Shown: positions 61,513-64,000 of the stretch, in pieces
Position numbering within the stretch: position 1 is the stretch's first letter
Layout of the letters: each line of letters starts with the position of its first letter
Origin: Thermoplasmata archaeon
GTDB taxonomy: Archaea; Thermoplasmatota; Thermoplasmata; Lutacidiplasmatales; UBA184
Direction of reading: 5' to 3'
DNA: 64,000 bases
NCBI GenBank assembly: GCA_035504595.1
Contig: DATJRQ010000008.1
Span: forward strand, 28,065-92,064
Made by a program: the position numbers and the translations under genes
The notes under the pieces: model-generated
What the model saw: only the letters and a program-made list of their open reading frames with translations
The model's database searches: none
Told to the model about the DNA's origin: nothing

Positions 61513-63954
61513 GTGAACCCCACGAGCGATCAGCGGGGGGAACCCCCGGTCATTCCCGAGTATCGGCTGCGGCTCGAGGTGGATTTTTCGGGTCGCAAGT
61601 GGACCGGGTCCGTCGCCTTTGACCCTCCCGCCGGAACTTCGTCGCTCGAACTCGATGCCCAGGGGCTCGAGGTCTCGCGGGTGACCGCCGGGCCGGTCCC
61701 GCTCGAGTTTCGGGTCGACCCGGCGCGCCGCAAGTTGGTCCTTCCGGCGCTCGCGCCCGGCCCCATCACCGTCGATTTCTCCGGATCGGTCTCGGAGACC
61801 GTCCTCGTGGGGCTGTATCGCTCGCGGCAGAACGGCAGCTACATCCTGACGAGCCAGGGGGAGCCGAACGGGACGCAGCGGATCTTCCCGTGCCTCGACC
61901 GGCCGGACCGGAAGAGTCGCATCCTGCTGACGGTGCGGACCGGCGCGGACCTCGAGGTCATCTCGAACGGTCGGGAGGACACCGTGCGCGCCGTGCCGGG
62001 CGGTCGCGAGTGGACGTTCGCCCCCACCCCGACGATGTCGGCCTACCTATTCTACCTCGGGATCGGCCGATTCGACCGGCTCGAGGACCGGTCGGGACGG
62101 GTCACGTTCCGGGTTTTCACGCCGCCCGGGCAGTCCGCGTCGGGCCGGTTCGCCCTCGACGCGGTCCGAAAGATCCTCGCCGCGTACGAGGAGTACTACG
62201 GGATCCCGTACCCGCTCCCGAAGCTGGACCTCGTGGCGGTCGCGGAGGCGTCGTTCGGCGCGATGGAGAACTGGGGCGCGATCGCGTTCCAGGAGACCCG
62301 GCTGCTCGTCGACGAGAACTCCACGTCGTTCGCCCGCCGCGATGTGCTCGAAACGATCTCGCACGAGGTGGCGCACCAGTGGTTCGGCAACCTCGTGACG
62401 ATGAAGGGGTGGAACGAGATCTGGCTCAACGAGAGCCTCGCCGCGTTCTTGGAGACGAAGATCTGCGAGAAGATCGACCCGGCGATGGACGCGCGCGCCG
62501 ACTTCTACCTCCGGGTGGCCGGCGCCGAGGCGGCGATCGAGGGGGACTCGCTCGACGCCACGCACCCGGTCCGCGCGGACGCCTCCTCGCCCGAGGAAGT
62601 GACCCAGATCTTTGACGAGATCAGCTACGGGAAAGGCTCGACGCTCCTCGCGATGCTCGAGTCGTACCTGAGCGAGGCGACGTTCCGCCGCGGGCTCACG
62701 GAGTATCTCAATCGGTTCTGCTACTCGAACGCGTCCACCGCGGACCTCTGGTCCGCGCTGGAACGGGCCGCCGGCCGGCCGGTCGCCCCGCTGATCGACC
62801 CGTGGCTCGACCGGCCCGGCGTGCCGCTCGTCACCGCAACGGTCGGTCCCCGGGGGATCGAACTGACCCAGGAGCGGTTCTCCTACCACGGCCCGGTCGT
62901 CGCCGACCCCTGGCCGATCCCGATGCTGATCGACGTGGACGGGACGGTCCAACGCGTCCCGTTCGAGAGCCGCACCCTCTCGTTGCCCGTCCCCCCGGAC
63001 GCCACGGTCCACCTCAACTCCGGTGCCTCGGGGTTCTACCGAGTCCACTACGACGCGACGCTGCGCGACCGGCTCCTCCGCGCGCTGCCGAACCGGCCCG
63101 CCACGGACCGGTGGATCTTCCTCGAGGATCTGTTCACGCTCGTGGCCGCGGGCCGCGAACCGTGGCCGGAGTGGGAGCGAGCGGTACGGACGCTGGGGGG
63201 CACGCCGGACCGGCTGGTCGTCGAGCTGCTCTCGGGCGTGCTCGGGACGACGTCGCTCTTTTTCCTCGACTCCGCGCGGATCCAGAACCTCGCCCGTTGG
63301 TTCTTCGCGACGCAGACGGAGCGGTTGGGGACGACGGCGGCCCCCGGTGAGTCGTCGGCGGTCGGCGTCCTCCGCGAGCGGCTGAACTCCGGCCGCGCGC
63401 GCGTCGATCGCGGCTACGCGCGCAGCCTCTCCGAGCTGTTCCTCGACTGGGAGCGGATCTCGCCCGACCTCCGCCCCGCGGTCGCCGTGGCGCGAGCACG
63501 CACCGAGGGGGCCGTCGGATACCGTGAGCTCCGGCGCGCCCTGGAAGGGGACCCCCGGGAGCGTGACCAGCTCACGCTCGAACAGGCGCTCGCGTGGAGC
63601 AGCGAGCCGGACCTGGTCCTCGAGACCGCCGAGCGGGCCAGCTCCGGCCAAGTGAACCGGGGGATCGTGCACCTGGTGCTTCGCAACGCGTGCGCGAACC
63701 CGGTCGCGCGCCCCGAGATGTGGCAGTGGTTCCAGCGACGACTGCCCCGGCTCGACGAACTGTTCCGTGGGGCCGGGCTCCTCACTCTCACTCTGGAACG
63801 GACGATCCCCGTGCTCGGGCTCGGCCGAGGCGACGAGGTGCGGGAGTACTTCCGAGCCCACCCGTACCCGGAAGGGGCGCGGGGGCTCGCGAAGGGGCTG
63901 GAGCGACTCTCGATCCTCGAGCGGCTCGCCCCGCAGCTCGCCCGGGCCGACTAG
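61513..63954 (+). CDS. M1 family aminopeptidase (tricorn-interacting factor F2/F3-like)
   Basis: Exopeptidase motif FGAMENWGAI and zinc motif HEVAHQWFGNLV...(18)...WLNESLA. The start is uncertain (GTG 61513 or 61492; the ORF track begins at 61435, which sits against the TATA box at 61421-61428). Confidence 0.92.
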   Translation: MNPTSDQRGEPPVIPEYRLRLEVDFSGRKWTGSVAFDPPAGTSSLELDAQGLEVSRVTAGPVPLEFRVDPARRKLVLPALAPGPITVDFSGSVSETVLVGLYRSRQNGSYILTSQGEPNGTQRIFPCLDRPDRKSRILLTVRTGADLEVISNGREDTVRAVPGGREWTFAPTPTMSAYLFYLGIGRFDRLEDRSGRVTFRVFTPPGQSASGRFALDAVRKILAAYEEYYGIPYPLPKLDLVAVAEASFGAMENWGAIAFQETRLLVDENSTSFARRDVLETISHEVAHQWFGNLVTMKGWNEIWLNESLAAFLETKICEKIDPAMDARADFYLRVAGAEAAIEGDSLDATHPVRADASSPEEVTQIFDEISYGKGSTLLAMLESYLSEATFRRGLTEYLNRFCYSNASTADLWSALERAAGRPVAPLIDPWLDRPGVPLVTATVGPRGIELTQERFSYHGPVVADPWPIPMLIDVDGTVQRVPFESRTLSLPVPPDATVHLNSGASGFYRVHYDATLRDRLLRALPNRPATDRWIFLEDLFTLVAAGREPWPEWERAVRTLGGTPDRLVVELLSGVLGTTSLFFLDSARIQNLARWFFATQTERLGTTAAPGESSAVGVLRERLNSGRARVDRGYARSLSELFLDWERISPDLRPAVAVARARTEGAVGYRELRRALEGDPRERDQLTLEQALAWSSEPDLVLETAERASSGQVNRGIVHLVLRNACANPVARPEMWQWFQRRLPRLDELFRGAGLLTLTLERTIPVLGLGRGDEVREYFRAHPYPEGARGLAKGLERLSILERLAPQLARAD

Positions 63955-64000
63955 CGCCGGTGCTCGGGCCGCGGGGGAGGCGCCCGGTCCTCCGCGGACC

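Noticed and set aside
1-64000. CRISPR array or cas genes to go with the CARF-like regulator; also toxin-antitoxin or restriction-modification modules.
   Set aside because: No regularly spaced direct repeats were seen. The only tandem repeat (52771-52833) is coding polyproline. The two methyltransferases are small-molecule/TPMT-like rather than DNA methyltransferases.

Overview
Very GC-rich archaeal chromosomal segment (about 70% G+C by spot counts; third codon positions of real genes are almost all G/C). It is densely packed with about 65 protein genes, one tRNA-Gly(GCC) and a stand-alone 5S rRNA. No CRISPR array, integrase or transposase was seen.

Archaeal hallmarks: ribosomal protein L40e, RNA polymerase subunit K/Rpo6, a KEOPS Pcc1-like protein, geranylgeranyl reductase with an upstream ferredoxin, archease, AMMECR1, translin, DUF357 and a RIO kinase. 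The unlinked 5S gene plus this gene content suggest a Thermoplasmatota-like lineage; this is inference only.

Housekeeping genes: ileS, trxB, serA plus a class-V aminotransferase, moaA, MTAP, transaldolase, endonuclease IV, TrmI and an M1 aminopeptidase.

The main accessory block (24.4-34.5 kb) is a complete form I (Mo-Cu) aerobic CO dehydrogenase cluster:
- coxM-coxS-coxL-coxG, with the AYRCSFR active-site loop in CoxL.
- Divergently placed coxD/coxE, moaA and two XdhC-family maturases.
- One maturase is a single ORF combining MobA/MocA-like, XdhC and TRASH/YHS domains. This is my best candidate for something new.

Other points worth a second look:
- Three clustered paralogs of an uncharacterised SRPBCC-like family.
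- A MoxR/DUF58/DUF4129 membrane module.
- A bactofilin-like protein.
- A fused EtfB-EtfA.
- An archease whose conserved N-terminus has no canonical start codon.
- A zinc-ribbon protein ending in 21 consecutive prolines encoded by a 21-nt tandem repeat.
- Two ORF-poor structured spacers.

Gene organisation is dominated by 4-nt ATGA/GTGA start-stop overlaps and by TATA-like boxes about 25-30 nt upstream of start codons, which suggests leaderless mRNAs. All family names come from motif recognition by eye; no database search was run.
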